Shown in pieces: positions 17,483 through 27,376 of a stretch of 64,000 bases of DNA; position 1 is the first letter of the stretch; each line of letters begins with the position of its first letter. The stretch is from Deltaproteobacteria bacterium. GTDB lineage: Bacteria; Myxococcota_A; UBA9160; UBA4427. Where the stretch lies: positions 132,666-196,665 of the forward strand of contig JAJDAO010000026.1 in NCBI GenBank assembly GCA_029261835.1, read 5' to 3'. The notes beneath the pieces are model-generated. The model made no database searches and was not told the DNA's origin. It saw nothing but the letters and a program-made list of their open reading frames with translations. The position numbers were made by a program, and so were the translations under genes.

Positions 17483-18154
17483 TTAGCCGTCGACCGAGTC
17501 GCCGGATGGCTGGAAGTTGCACAGCACTCCCTTGAGGAAATCCTCTTCGGAAACGCTGAACTTCGCCGCAAAGTCGTGTTTCTCATCCAGGCTTCGGTAG
17601 AGCACCCGCATCAGCTCGCGAAACGTCTCGAAGACGCCCTCTCCGCGAACCGCGATGCCCGGAAAGGTCGCGATGTCGCCCCACTGTTGTCTGATCTCGG
17701 AAAGGGGCTTCACGTCGGGGAAGTCGCGCTTGTTGAATTGCACGACCTTCGGCAGCCAATCGAAATCGATGCCGTTGGCTTTCAGATTCGCTTCCATGTC
17801 GCGCCACGAGTAGGCGTTGGCGCTGGCTGCCGAGCGCTGCGAGTCCGCGATGAAGGCCACGGCATCGGCACCCGCCAGGACCACCTTGCGGGTGGACTTG
17901 TGCATCACCTGTCCCGGGACGGTGAAGAGCTTCATCTTGACAGAGAAACCGCCCGCCGTGGAGAACTCGACCGGCAGGAAGTCGAAGTAGAGCGTGCGAT
18001 CGTCCTTGGTGTCGATCGTCAACATCTTGCTTCGGGAGGCCGGCTCCATCATGGCGTGGAGCTGCTGCAGATTGGTCGTCTTCCCCGACAGCGCCGGGCC
18101 GTAGTAGACCACCTTGAGGGTGATCTCCTTGTTCGACACATTGATCTGAACCAT
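17483..18154 (-). CDS. MglA-family small GTPase (paralogue with C-terminal extension)
   Basis: Colinear with Myxococcus MglA: KVVYYGPALSGKTTNLQ (P-loop), DDRTLYFDFLP (intrinsic Arg region), FTVPGQV (switch II) and FNKRD. 223 aa, longer than the MglA sequence I recall. Confidence 0.9.
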   Translation of the reverse strand: MVQINVSNKEITLKVVYYGPALSGKTTNLQQLHAMMEPASRSKMLTIDTKDDRTLYFDFLPVEFSTAGGFSVKMKLFTVPGQVMHKSTRKVVLAGADAVAFIADSQRSAASANAYSWRDMEANLKANGIDFDWLPKVVQFNKRDFPDVKPLSEIRQQWGDIATFPGIAVRGEGVFETFRELMRVLYRSLDEKHDFAAKFSVSEEDFLKGVLCNFQPSGDSVDG

Positions 18155-18307
18155 CGGTCGCCCGCTCCGCAGGGTTGTGCAGCCGCGCCCCGCGATCCAC
18201 GCGGCCCGGCCCCACGCCCTTCCATCGGCAGGAGGCGCCCGAACATGAAGGCGAGAAAGAGATCCGCAGCGGAATCCGGCTCTGGCGACCCCGCCGATCG
18301 CCCCCGC

Positions 18308-19318
18308 TCAGCGGCCGTCGGCCGTGGGGAATCCGCCCAGGAAGGTCTCGAGCAATGCCCGGGCAGCGCTGGCGGGCGTGGACTCGAGGGCCTCGACCTC
18401 CCTCTGCTTCTCCGGAATGCGCGCCGCCACCTCGGGATGGTCTCTCAGGGCGCGCTGAAGGCCCTCCTCCACCAGCGACCACATCCAGGCGCGCGCCTGA
18501 GAGCGGCGTCTGGCCTCCAGCTCGCCGCTCACCGTCAGGGCCTCGCGGTGCTCGAGCACCATCTGCCACATCTCCGCGACGCCCTCCCCGGTGACGGCGC
18601 TCGCGAGCAAGGCTCTGGGGCGCCACGAGGGGCTCGAGGGCCGAACGAGCTGCAGGGCCCCCTCATAGTCGAGCCGGGTGCGCTCGGCCAGCTCGCGCGT
18701 CGCACCATCGGCCTTGTTGACGACCAGGGCGTCGGCAAGCTCCATCACGCCCTTCTTCATGCCCTGGAGCTCGTCCCCGCCCGCAGGCAGGAGCAAGACC
18801 TGGAAGAAATCCACCATCGAGGCCACGGCCACTTCGGATTGACCGATTCCCACCGTCTCGACGAGCACCACGTCGTAGCCCGCAGCCTCGCACAGCAACA
18901 TCACCTCTCGCGTGCGGTGCGCAACGCCGCCCAGGGACCCACCCGAGGGGGAAGGCCGGATGAACGCCTCAGGGCGCTGCGACAGCCGCTCCATGCGAGT
19001 CTTGTCCCCGAGGATGCTGCCGCCGGTGACCGGGCTGCTCGGATCAACCGCGAGCACCGCCAGTCGCTTGCCCCGCTCGACCAGGTCCAGGCCCAGGGTC
19101 TCGATCAGGCTGCTCTTGCCGACGCCGGGCGGTCCGGTGATCCCCACACGAACCGCGCCGCCCGTGTAGCGGACCAGTCCGTCGAGCACGGCCTGCCCGA
19201 GGGCCATGTCCTCCGCTCGCGTACTCTCGATCAGCGTGATGGCGCGCGCGATGGCGCGCCTGTCGCCGGCGCGGATGGCAGCACGGTAGGCCTCGGGAGA
19301 ATCGAGGCGGCTGCTCAT
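18308..19318 (-). CDS. meaB: methylmalonyl-CoA mutase-associated GTPase (G3E family)
   Basis: ArgK/MeaB motifs ([28 protein letters not shown]). 4-bp overlap with the upstream mutase gene. Confidence 0.92.
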   Translation of the reverse strand: MSSRLDSPEAYRAAIRAGDRRAIARAITLIESTRAEDMALGQAVLDGLVRYTGGAVRVGITGPPGVGKSSLIETLGLDLVERGKRLAVLAVDPSSPVTGGSILGDKTRMERLSQRPEAFIRPSPSGGSLGGVAHRTREVMLLCEAAGYDVVLVETVGIGQSEVAVASMVDFFQVLLLPAGGDELQGMKKGVMELADALVVNKADGATRELAERTRLDYEGALQLVRPSSPSWRPRALLASAVTGEGVAEMWQMVLEHREALTVSGELEARRRSQARAWMWSLVEEGLQRALRDHPEVAARIPEKQREVEALESTPASAARALLETFLGGFPTADGR

Positions 19319-21465
19319 TCCCGCTTCTTCCCCAGCACCCGGAGCACCTCGGCGGCTGCCTTGGGAATCGCGGTGCCCGGGCCAAAGATCGCAGCGGCAC
19401 CGTTCTCCCGCAAGAACGCATAGTCCTGCGGCGGGATCACGCCGCCCACCACGACCGCGATGTTGTCCGCCTTCTCAGCCGCCAGGGCCTGCACCAACAG
19501 CGGCACCAGCGTCTTGTGCCCCGCGGCTTGGCTCGAGACCCCGACCACGTGCACGTCGTTGTCCACCGCCTGGCGTGCCGCCTCCTCGGGCGTCTGGAAT
19601 AGCGGTCCAATATCAACGTCGAAGCCGATGTCGGCGAACGCGCTGGCGATCACTTTCATTCCGCGATCGTGCCCATCCTGACCCAGCTTGACGACCAACA
19701 TCCGGGGTCGCCGCCCCTCCTGCTCGCCAAAAGATGCGACCTCCCGGCAGACACGCTCGAACTCCTCGTCACCTCGCTCGACAGCGCTGTAGACGCCGGA
19801 GATCGATCGGACGTTGGCGCGGTAACGCGTATAGATCCGTTCCATCGCTTCGGAGATCTCCCCGACCGTCGCACGTGCCCGCGCGGCCTCGATGGCGGCC
19901 TGCAGCAGATTGCCCTCTCCACTTTGCGCCAGCTCGGCCAGTCGTGCGAGAGCCCGCTCCACCGCCGCCGTGTTCCGTACGCGTCGCACTTCCTCGAGAC
20001 GTCGCACCTGGGCTTCGCGCACCGCCGTGTTGTCGATGTCGCGTACGTCGATCCGCACATCTTCGTCCAGCGCGTACTTGTTCACACCCACGATCACGTC
20101 TTCGCCGAGATCGATGCGGGCCTGTCGCCGCGCCGCACATTCTTCGATCCGCAGCTTCGGCATACCGTCGACGATTGCCTTCGTCATGCCACCGAGCTCT
20201 TCGACCTCTCGAATCACGCTGCGTGCCTCTTCCGCCATCTGCTGCGTCAGTGACTCCATGAAGTAAGAGCCGCCCCATGGGTCGATCACGGCCGCGATGC
20301 CCGACTCCTCCTGCAAGATGAGCTGAGTGTTGCGTGCGGTTCGCGCCGCCGCGTCCGTCGGCAAGCTGACGGCCTCGTCGTAGCTATTGGTGTGCAGCGA
20401 CTGCGTTCCCCCAAAGACGGCTGCCATCGCCTCGACGGTGGTTCGCACGACGTTGTTGAGCGGATCCTGCTCGGTGAGACTCGCGCCCGAGGTCTGGCAG
20501 TGGGTTCGCAGCATCAGCGATCGCTGGTTCTTGGGTTCGAAAGGCTGCATGAGCTCAGCCCAGAGCAGCCGCGCGGCGCGCATCTTGGCGATTTCCAGGT
20601 AGAAGTTCATTCCGATCGCCCAGAAGAAGGACAGGCGACCGGCGAAGGCGTCGACATCCAGACCCTTCGACAGGGCCGCCCGCACATATTCGACGCCGTC
20701 GGCCAGCGTGAAGGCGAGCTCCAGCACGGTGTTCGCCCCGGCCTCCTGCATATGGTAGCCACTGATCGAAATCGAGTTGAATCTCGGCATGTGTTTCGCC
20801 GTGTGTTCGATTATGTCAGCCACGATGCGCATGCTCGGCTCGGGGGGATAGATATACGTGTTGCGGACCATGAACTCCTTCAGGATGTCGTTCTGTATCG
20901 TCCCGGCCAGCTTCTCCTGCGAGACGCCCTGCTCTTCGCCTGCCACGACGAAGCAGGCCAGAACCGGCAGCACGGCGCCGTTCATCGTCATCGAGACGGT
21001 GACCTCGTCCAGCGGAATCTGGTCGAAGAGGATCTTCATGTCCTCCACGGAGTCGATGGCAACGCCGGCCTTGCCCACGTCGCCAGTGACCCGCGGATGA
21101 TCCGAGTCGTAGCCACGGTGGGTTGCCAGGTCGAAGGCGACCGAGAGCCCCTGCTGCCCCGCGGCGAGGTTGGCCCTGTAGAAGGCGTTCGACTCCTCGG
21201 CCGTCGAGAAGCCGGCGTATTGTCGGATAGTCCAGGGACGGTTGGCATACATCGTCGCGCGTGGTCCACGCACGAAGGGGAATAGGCCCGGCAGCGTGTC
21301 GCTGTGCTCGAGTCCCGCGAGGTCCTCGCCCGTGTAGAGAGGCTTGATCTCGATTCCGTCGGGGCTCGTCCAGACCAGCTTCTCGAGCGGCATTCCCCGC
21401 AACTCCTTGCTGGCGAGCTCGCGCCATTCGTCGATCTGCGTTCGCCTTCCAGCCTTACGCGCCAT
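19315..21465 (-). CDS. methylmalonyl-CoA mutase (substrate-binding and B12-binding domains in one chain)
   Basis: 716 aa. TIM-barrel mutase motifs ([31 protein letters not shown]) and a C-terminal B12 domain ([15 protein letters not shown]). Confidence 0.95.
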   Translation of the reverse strand: MARKAGRRTQIDEWRELASKELRGMPLEKLVWTSPDGIEIKPLYTGEDLAGLEHSDTLPGLFPFVRGPRATMYANRPWTIRQYAGFSTAEESNAFYRANLAAGQQGLSVAFDLATHRGYDSDHPRVTGDVGKAGVAIDSVEDMKILFDQIPLDEVTVSMTMNGAVLPVLACFVVAGEEQGVSQEKLAGTIQNDILKEFMVRNTYIYPPEPSMRIVADIIEHTAKHMPRFNSISISGYHMQEAGANTVLELAFTLADGVEYVRAALSKGLDVDAFAGRLSFFWAIGMNFYLEIAKMRAARLLWAELMQPFEPKNQRSLMLRTHCQTSGASLTEQDPLNNVVRTTVEAMAAVFGGTQSLHTNSYDEAVSLPTDAAARTARNTQLILQEESGIAAVIDPWGGSYFMESLTQQMAEEARSVIREVEELGGMTKAIVDGMPKLRIEECAARRQARIDLGEDVIVGVNKYALDEDVRIDVRDIDNTAVREAQVRRLEEVRRVRNTAAVERALARLAELAQSGEGNLLQAAIEAARARATVGEISEAMERIYTRYRANVRSISGVYSAVERGDEEFERVCREVASFGEQEGRRPRMLVVKLGQDGHDRGMKVIASAFADIGFDVDIGPLFQTPEEAARQAVDNDVHVVGVSSQAAGHKTLVPLLVQALAAEKADNIAVVVGGVIPPQDYAFLRENGAAAIFGPGTAIPKAAAEVLRVLGKKRE

Positions 21466-21577
21466 CGCCCATCCCTCCCCTGCTTCTCGCGCTGATTCAA
21501 CGAGCCGAGGCTAGAAGCTATCTCAGAAACCCCTCCCGCCGCCAAACGCTCGCCGCTTGCCCGCCTGATCTACGACC

Positions 21578-24500
21578 CTACATCGAGCGCCGATAGCGCC
21601 CTCCGACCTCGAACAGGGTCTCACTGATCTGCCCGAGGCTCGCGACCTTGACCGTCTCCATCAGCACCGAGAAGACGTTGTCTCCGGCGCTGACCGCTGC
21701 CCGCAATCCGTCCAGAGCCGCGTGTCTCTCCTCTCGCCAGCGATGCTGAAATGCGCGAAGGCTCTCGAGCTGGAATGTCTTCTCCGCCTCGCTCGAACGC
21801 ATCAGCTCATCGGGGCCGGCTGTCTGAGCTGTGCCGTGCGGTGCCTCGAAGGTGTTGACACCGATGATGGGCAGCTCACCCGAGTGCTTGCGCGACTCGT
21901 AGAGCAGGCTCTCCTCCTGGATCCGGCTACGCTGATAGAGCGTCTCCATCGCACCGAGCACGCCTCCACGCTGCGAGAGCCGATCGAACTCGGCTAGAAC
22001 CGCCTCTTCCACCAGATCAGTCAGCTCTTCCACGAAGTAGGAGCCCTGCAGTGGATTCTCGTTCTTCGCGCTTCCCAGCTCGCGATTGATGATCAGTTGG
22101 ATCGCCAGCGCCCGCCGCGCCGACTCTTCGGTCGGCGTAGTCACCGCTTCATCATACGCGTTCGTGTGCAAGCTATTGCAGTTGTCCTGGAGAGCCGTGA
22201 GTGCCTGCAGAGTCGTTCGGATGTCGTTGAAGGACATCTCCTGCGCGTGCAGCGAGCGGCCAGAGGTTTGGACGTGGTACTTGAGCTTCTGGCTCCGCTC
22301 GGAGGCGCCGTAGCGCTCGCGCATCGCAATCGCCCAGATGCGGCGGGCCACGCGGCCGATCACGTTGTATTCGGCGTCGAGGCCATTGCTGAAGAAGAAC
22401 GAGAAATTCGGTGCGAAGTGGTCGATGTCCATGCCACGCGCCAGGTAGTACTCGCAGAACGTCAGCCCGTTGGCCAACGTGAACGCGAGCTGCGTGATAG
22501 GATTCGCACCGGCTTCCGCCATGTGATAGCCGGAAATCGAGATCGAGTAGAAATTGCGCACCTGACTCGCGACGAAGTACTCTTGAATGTCACCCTGCAA
22601 TCCAAGCGCGAAGTCGGTGGAGAAGATGCACGTGTTCTGGGCCTGATCTTCTTTCAGGATGTCCGCCTGCACGGTGCCCCGCACGATACGCAGCACGTCG
22701 GATCTGATACGCTGATAGGTCTCGGCCGGCACTGCTCGATCACCGGGGATTCCGAGCAGGCCCAGGCCGAAGCCGTCGTGCCCGGACGGAAGATCGCCGG
22801 CATATTCCGGAAGCCGACCACCACGACGTCGGCGCTCCTCTGCCATGCGAGCGCGTACGCCCTCGAGCTCGCCCCGCTCGCGCAGGTGCCGCTCCACGCG
22901 CTGATCGATTGCGGCATTGAGGAAGAAGGCCAGCACCATCGCTGCCGGGCCGTTGATCGTCAGCGAGACGGAAGTACTCGGTGCGCACAGATCGAAGCCC
23001 GAGTAGAGCTTCTTGGCGTCGTCCAGCGTGCAGACGGAGACGCCGGAGTTACCCACCTTGCCGTAGACGTCCGGCCGTTCGTCGGGGTCGCGACCGTAGA
23101 GCGTGACGCTGTCGAACGCGGTGGAGAGTCGGGCTGCCGGCTGCCCGTGGGCGAGGTAGTGAAAACGCCGATTGGTACGCTCGGGACCGCCCTCTCCGGC
23201 GAACATGCGCGTCGGGTCCTCACCGGCGCGCTTGAATGGAAAGACGCCACTCGTAAACGGGAAGCGACCGGGCAGATTCTCCAGACGGAAATAGCGCACC
23301 AGCTCGCCCCAGTCGTCGCTTCGCGGTAGCGCCACCTTGGGAACCGGGAGGCCCGAGAGTGTCTCTGGGCGACTCTCGACGTCGACGTTGCGGCCTCGGA
23401 TGCGGTAGGACTGGCGTTCCGCGCCATAGCGCTCTCTTGTCTCACCCCACTCCGCGAGCTGACTGCGGAGATCTGCCGGGAGCTCGTCGAGCGTGGCGTC
23501 GTATTTCTGCCGAAGTTGCTCCAGCAGCGGCGATCGCTCCTCTTTGCTGGTCTCGTCGCCGTGTTGGCAAGCGACGGGAGGGGTCTGCGCATCGAGCGCC
23601 CTGAGCGCGCGCGCAAGGCCATCAGCGCGCGCGGCGTGCTCGGCCTCGGCTTCACAGCGTCTGCGATAGCCCCGCACGCACTCGGCGATCTCGGCCAGAT
23701 AGCGCGCCCTCGCGGTGGGGATGGCGGACAGCACGTCGACATCGCCCGAAGTCATCTCGCTGTCCGCCGCCACCTCCCCCGGCCTCTCGAAGTTCGAGCC
23801 ACCCAACGACACCAGACTGCGGCGAAGCGCCTGGTAGAGCCGGTCCGTGCCCGGGTCGTTCCACTGCCGAGCCACTGTGGCAAAGACCGGCAGCTGCTCG
23901 TCGGGCAGTGCGAGCTCTGCTCGATTGCGCTTCCACTGCTTGCGCACATCGCGCAGCGCATCCTGGGCGCCCTGTCGGTCGCACTTATTGAGAACCACGA
24001 CGTCGGCCAGGTCGAGCATGTCGATCTTCTCGAGCTGCGACGGTGCGCCGAACTCCGGCGTCATGACATAGACCGATCGATCTACCAGATCGACGATCTC
24101 CGAATCGCTCTGCCCGATGCCCGCGGTCTCCACCAGGATCAAATCGAAGTGGGCGGCCTGCAACACGCGCAGCGCATCGTGCAACGAATTCGAGAGTGCG
24201 AGGTTGGCCTGCCGCGTGGCCATCGAGCGCACGAAGACATCCTCGCCATGGATGGCATTCATCCTGATGCGGTCGCCCAGCAGCGCGCCGCCCGAACGTC
24301 GACGCGTCGGATCGATCAGCAGCAGCCCGATGCTGCGGCCGGGATAGTCGATTCGAAAGCGCCGCACGAGTTCGTCAACCACGCTCGACTTGCCCGCACC
24401 ACCGGTGCCGGTGAAGCCCACGACAGGCGCCCGCGATGCCGCTTCGCTACGCCCATCGAGACGCGCGCGAAGGTCGACCGCGCGAGCCGGCGAAGCGGAT

Positions 24501-25072
24501 GCCTCCTCCTCGAACCACGTCACGAGACGGGCGACCACGGCATGCTGAGTCGAATCGAGCTCGGCGACCAGGGTGTCGAGGGCGCTCTCCGCAACCGCTC
24601 GCTCCGCTCGGGCTCGCTCGCTGCGACACTCGTCGATGATGCTGCGGATCATGCCCTCGAGGCCGAGCTGCCGCCCCTCGTCCGGGCCGAAGATCCGCGC
24701 GACACCGTAGGCGTGCAGCTCAGCGGCCTCCGCGCGCGTGATCGTTCCCCCGCCGCCCCCGAAGACTCTCACCCAGGGAACGCCGCGTTCTGCCAAGCGA
24801 TCGACCAGATACTTGAAGAACTCCATGTGGCCGCCTTGGTAGGACGAGACCGCCACCGCCTGCGCCCCCTCTGAGACGGCGGCCTCTACGACCTCCTCGA
24901 CCGAACGGTCGTGTCCCAGGTGGATCACTTCGGCACCCTGCGCCTGCAAGACTCTGCGCATGATGTTGATCGCCGCATCGTGGCCGTCGAAGAGCGAGGC
25001 CGCAGTCACCACACGAATGCGGGCAGCCCGCTGGGTCGCCTCCTCGCACAGGGGATTGGTCGCCGCCGTCAT
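21578..25072 (-). CDS. icmF: fused isobutyryl-CoA mutase (B12 domain - MeaB-like G domain - mutase barrel)
   Basis: 1164 aa. N-terminal B12-binding domain (SLFDGHDAAINIM). Central G3E GTPase (GFTGTGGAGKSSVVDEL, VETAGIGQSD, NKCD). C-terminal acyl-CoA mutase barrel (SISGYHMAEAGANP). Confidence 0.92.
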   Translation of the reverse strand: MTAATNPLCEEATQRAARIRVVTAASLFDGHDAAINIMRRVLQAQGAEVIHLGHDRSVEEVVEAAVSEGAQAVAVSSYQGGHMEFFKYLVDRLAERGVPWVRVFGGGGGTITRAEAAELHAYGVARIFGPDEGRQLGLEGMIRSIIDECRSERARAERAVAESALDTLVAELDSTQHAVVARLVTWFEEEASASPARAVDLRARLDGRSEAASRAPVVGFTGTGGAGKSSVVDELVRRFRIDYPGRSIGLLLIDPTRRRSGGALLGDRIRMNAIHGEDVFVRSMATRQANLALSNSLHDALRVLQAAHFDLILVETAGIGQSDSEIVDLVDRSVYVMTPEFGAPSQLEKIDMLDLADVVVLNKCDRQGAQDALRDVRKQWKRNRAELALPDEQLPVFATVARQWNDPGTDRLYQALRRSLVSLGGSNFERPGEVAADSEMTSGDVDVLSAIPTARARYLAEIAECVRGYRRRCEAEAEHAARADGLARALRALDAQTPPVACQHGDETSKEERSPLLEQLRQKYDATLDELPADLRSQLAEWGETRERYGAERQSYRIRGRNVDVESRPETLSGLPVPKVALPRSDDWGELVRYFRLENLPGRFPFTSGVFPFKRAGEDPTRMFAGEGGPERTNRRFHYLAHGQPAARLSTAFDSVTLYGRDPDERPDVYGKVGNSGVSVCTLDDAKKLYSGFDLCAPSTSVSLTINGPAAMVLAFFLNAAIDQRVERHLRERGELEGVRARMAEERRRRGGRLPEYAGDLPSGHDGFGLGLLGIPGDRAVPAETYQRIRSDVLRIVRGTVQADILKEDQAQNTCIFSTDFALGLQGDIQEYFVASQVRNFYSISISGYHMAEAGANPITQLAFTLANGLTFCEYYLARGMDIDHFAPNFSFFFSNGLDAEYNVIGRVARRIWAIAMRERYGASERSQKLKYHVQTSGRSLHAQEMSFNDIRTTLQALTALQDNCNSLHTNAYDEAVTTPTEESARRALAIQLIINRELGSAKNENPLQGSYFVEELTDLVEEAVLAEFDRLSQRGGVLGAMETLYQRSRIQEESLLYESRKHSGELPIIGVNTFEAPHGTAQTAGPDELMRSSEAEKTFQLESLRAFQHRWREERHAALDGLRAAVSAGDNVFSVLMETVKVASLGQISETLFEVGGRYRRSM

Positions 25073-25518
25073 CGCCCCTCTCCTTCAGCGGGTTTCGCTT
25101 CGTTGCGACCGTCCCGAACGAGTGCTTCGACACGCGTCGCGACGTGCTCGCGGTACTTCTGCATCTCGTCGCGCAGGCTCCCGAGCTGCGTGATGCGGCC
25201 GTCGAGCTCGCCAAGGTGTACCTCGAGCAGATCGTCGAGGCGGGTGAGCATCGCGCGGGTCGAGCCCGCCAGGGAGTACAGGCTGTTGAGCTCTTTGATC
25301 TCCGAGAGGCTGAGGCCCAGCGTCTTGAGACGTTGGATGAAGCGCAAGCGCTCCAGCTCATCGGCGCCGTAGACGCGCCGCCCACCCGCCCGGCGCCGGA
25401 CTCCCGGGAGCAGCCGCAGCTCCTCGTAGTAGCGCACCGTTCTGGCCGACAGGCCGGTCCGCTGGCAGACCTCGCCGATGCTGAGCTCGAGTTCTTCGGG
25501 TGCAGTTTGCCAGTTCAC
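25069..25518 (-). CDS. MerR-family transcriptional regulator (LiuR-like by context)
   Basis: N-terminal MerR HTH (LSIGEVCQRTGLSARTVRYYEELRLLPG) and a coiled-coil dimerisation helix. GTG start. 4-bp overlap with icmF downstream. Confidence 0.88.
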   Translation of the reverse strand: MNWQTAPEELELSIGEVCQRTGLSARTVRYYEELRLLPGVRRRAGGRRVYGADELERLRFIQRLKTLGLSLSEIKELNSLYSLAGSTRAMLTRLDDLLEVHLGELDGRITQLGSLRDEMQKYREHVATRVEALVRDGRNEAKPAEGEGR

Positions 25519-25575
25519 GTTAGCTGGTTAGCACAACCCATGGCCTCACGGCTCGGCCCCTCGGGGGACAGCGCA

Positions 25576-26559
25576 CTACCCTCCGGACCTTGCCTTCCGC
25601 GCCCGAGCACCGAGCCGAGCCCGGTACACCCGGCTCGGGAGCGCTCGCCCGAGCACCGTCCCCTCCAGCCAGTGGCTGGCACTTACCAGGGCCTCCAGAT
25701 CGACTCCCGTGGCGACACCGGCTGTCTCGAAGAGCGACACCACATCTTCGGTGGCGACGTTGCCCGCCGCACCCGGCGCGTAGGGACACCCGCCGAGCCC
25801 GCCGAGCGACGCGTCGAAGACGCGCACGCCCGCCTCATAGCCAGCTTGCAGGTTGGCCAGCCCGCGGCCGTAGGTGTCGTGAAGATGCAAGGCGATTCGC
25901 TTCAGCGGAACCTCGCCCGCCACCGCCTCGAGCACGTCACGCACGCCACTTGGATGACCAATTCCGACGGTGTCACCCAACGATATCTCCGCGGCGCCCA
26001 GATCCAGTAGCTCGCGTGCGAGCTTGGCAACCCGGGTCGCCGCCACCGCCCCCTCGTAGACGCAGCCGAACGCGGTGGAGACGTAGGCACGCAGGGGCAC
26101 CCCGTCAGCGCGGCAACGCTCTGCCACCGAGCGCAGGCGCTCGAGGTGCTCGGCCACGGAGCGATTCACGTTCTTGCGGTTGTGCGTCTCGCTCACCGAG
26201 ATGAATACGGCGGCCATGGAGAGCACACGAGCCGCGCGAAAGCGCTCGTAGCCGCGCGCGTTGGGCACAAGTGCGCTGTAGCGCGTGCCCGGCCGCTCCT
26301 GTAGCGCCGCGCACAACGCATCGCCGTCAGCGAGCTGGGGGATCCACTCGGGCGAGACGAACGAGGTCACCTCGATGCGCCGCAGCCCCGCGCGCGCGAG
26401 CCGATCGATCAGCTCGAGCTTGGCAGTCGTCGGCAGCGCATCCGGCTCGTTCTGCAGGCCGTCACGGGGGCCCACCTCATAGATGCAGACCTCCGGCTCG
26501 GCCAACGTCAAGCTCTCCCGTACTCCGCTATTTCGCGTAGTCGTAGAATCCGCGCCCAC
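25576..26559 (-). CDS. hydroxymethylglutaryl-CoA lyase
   Basis: EVGPRDGLQNE, HLHDTYG and GGLGGCPYAPGAAGN motifs. The track start (GTG 26559) overlaps hbd by 32 nt. TTG 26505, behind GGGAG, is a plausible shorter start. Confidence 0.92.
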   Translation of the reverse strand: MGADSTTTRNSGVRESLTLAEPEVCIYEVGPRDGLQNEPDALPTTAKLELIDRLARAGLRRIEVTSFVSPEWIPQLADGDALCAALQERPGTRYSALVPNARGYERFRAARVLSMAAVFISVSETHNRKNVNRSVAEHLERLRSVAERCRADGVPLRAYVSTAFGCVYEGAVAATRVAKLARELLDLGAAEISLGDTVGIGHPSGVRDVLEAVAGEVPLKRIALHLHDTYGRGLANLQAGYEAGVRVFDASLGGLGGCPYAPGAAGNVATEDVVSLFETAGVATGVDLEALVSASHWLEGTVLGRALPSRVYRARLGARARKARSGG

Positions 26560-27376
26560 TCTTACGGCCGATGAAGCCCGCCTCCACGCGCTTCACGATC
26601 TCCAAGCTCGGGGCGTAGCGCGGGTTACCGTATTCGCGGTAGAGGCTCATCAGAATGGCGTACACGACATCGAGCCCAACGAGATCGGCCAACGCGAGAG
26701 GACCCATCGGATGATTGCAACCGAATCGCATGCACTCGTCGATCCCCTCGGCGGTTGCCACACCCTCGCCGAGCGCGTGGGCGGCCTCGTTGATCATCGG
26801 GAAGAGCACGCGATTGACCACGAAGCCCGGCGCATCCTTCACGTCGATCGGCACCTTGCCGAGCTTCTCCGCCAGATGGTGCACCGCGGAGACGGTTGCA
26901 TCGGAGGTCCGCAGACCGCGCACGACCTCGACCAGCTTCATCATGGGAACCGGGTTGAAGAAGTGCATACCGATGAAATGGGCCGGCCTGCTCGTGAGCG
27001 AGGCCAGCTTCGTGATCGACAGGCTCGAGGTATTGGTGGCGAGGATCGTCTCCTCATCGAGGATCGCATCGATCTCCTCGAGCAGCGGCTGTTTGATTTC
27101 GAGCTCTTCGGCTACCGATTCCAGCACGATATCGCAGCCCTTGAGGTCCGTGAGCGTCAGTGTTCCCTTCAGCTTCACGACCGCCGCATCGGCCGCAGCC
27201 TGCGTGATCTTCTCCTTGGCCACCAGCCGGCCGAGGCTGCGCGCGACGGCTCCCAGACAGCTATCGAGCGATCCCTGGGAGCGGGCGCGCAATACGACAT
27301 CGTAGCCCGCCTGGGTCGCCGCCTGTGCGATACCGGTGGCCATTGTTCCCGTTCCGACGATTCCAATCGTATTCAT
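26528..27376 (-). CDS. hbd: 3-hydroxybutyryl-CoA dehydrogenase
   Basis: Rossmann N-terminus (IGIVGTGTMATGIAQ) and 3HCDH motifs (HFFNPVPMMKLVE). Start at ATG 27376 overlaps the thiolase stop (ATGA). The ORF maximum 27700 is an antisense-like extension. Confidence 0.93.
   Translation of the reverse strand: MNTIGIVGTGTMATGIAQAATQAGYDVVLRARSQGSLDSCLGAVARSLGRLVAKEKITQAAADAAVVKLKGTLTLTDLKGCDIVLESVAEELEIKQPLLEEIDAILDEETILATNTSSLSITKLASLTSRPAHFIGMHFFNPVPMMKLVEVVRGLRTSDATVSAVHHLAEKLGKVPIDVKDAPGFVVNRVLFPMINEAAHALGEGVATAEGIDECMRFGCNHPMGPLALADLVGLDVVYAILMSLYREYGNPRYAPSLEIVKRVEAGFIGRKSGRGFYDYAK

Noticed and set aside
21578-25072. The 1164-aa ORF as a frameshift-generated or misassembled fusion of meaB and a mutase.
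   Set aside because: The domain order B12 - G domain - barrel is exactly that of natural IcmF fusion proteins, and the frame is continuous with normal codon usage.
25519-25575. Tandem GTTAGC-tg-GTTAGC immediately upstream of the MerR gene, as a possible operator.
   Set aside because: It is only two hexamers, arranged as a direct rather than inverted repeat as MerR dimers prefer, and it overlaps the start codon. The evidence is too thin.
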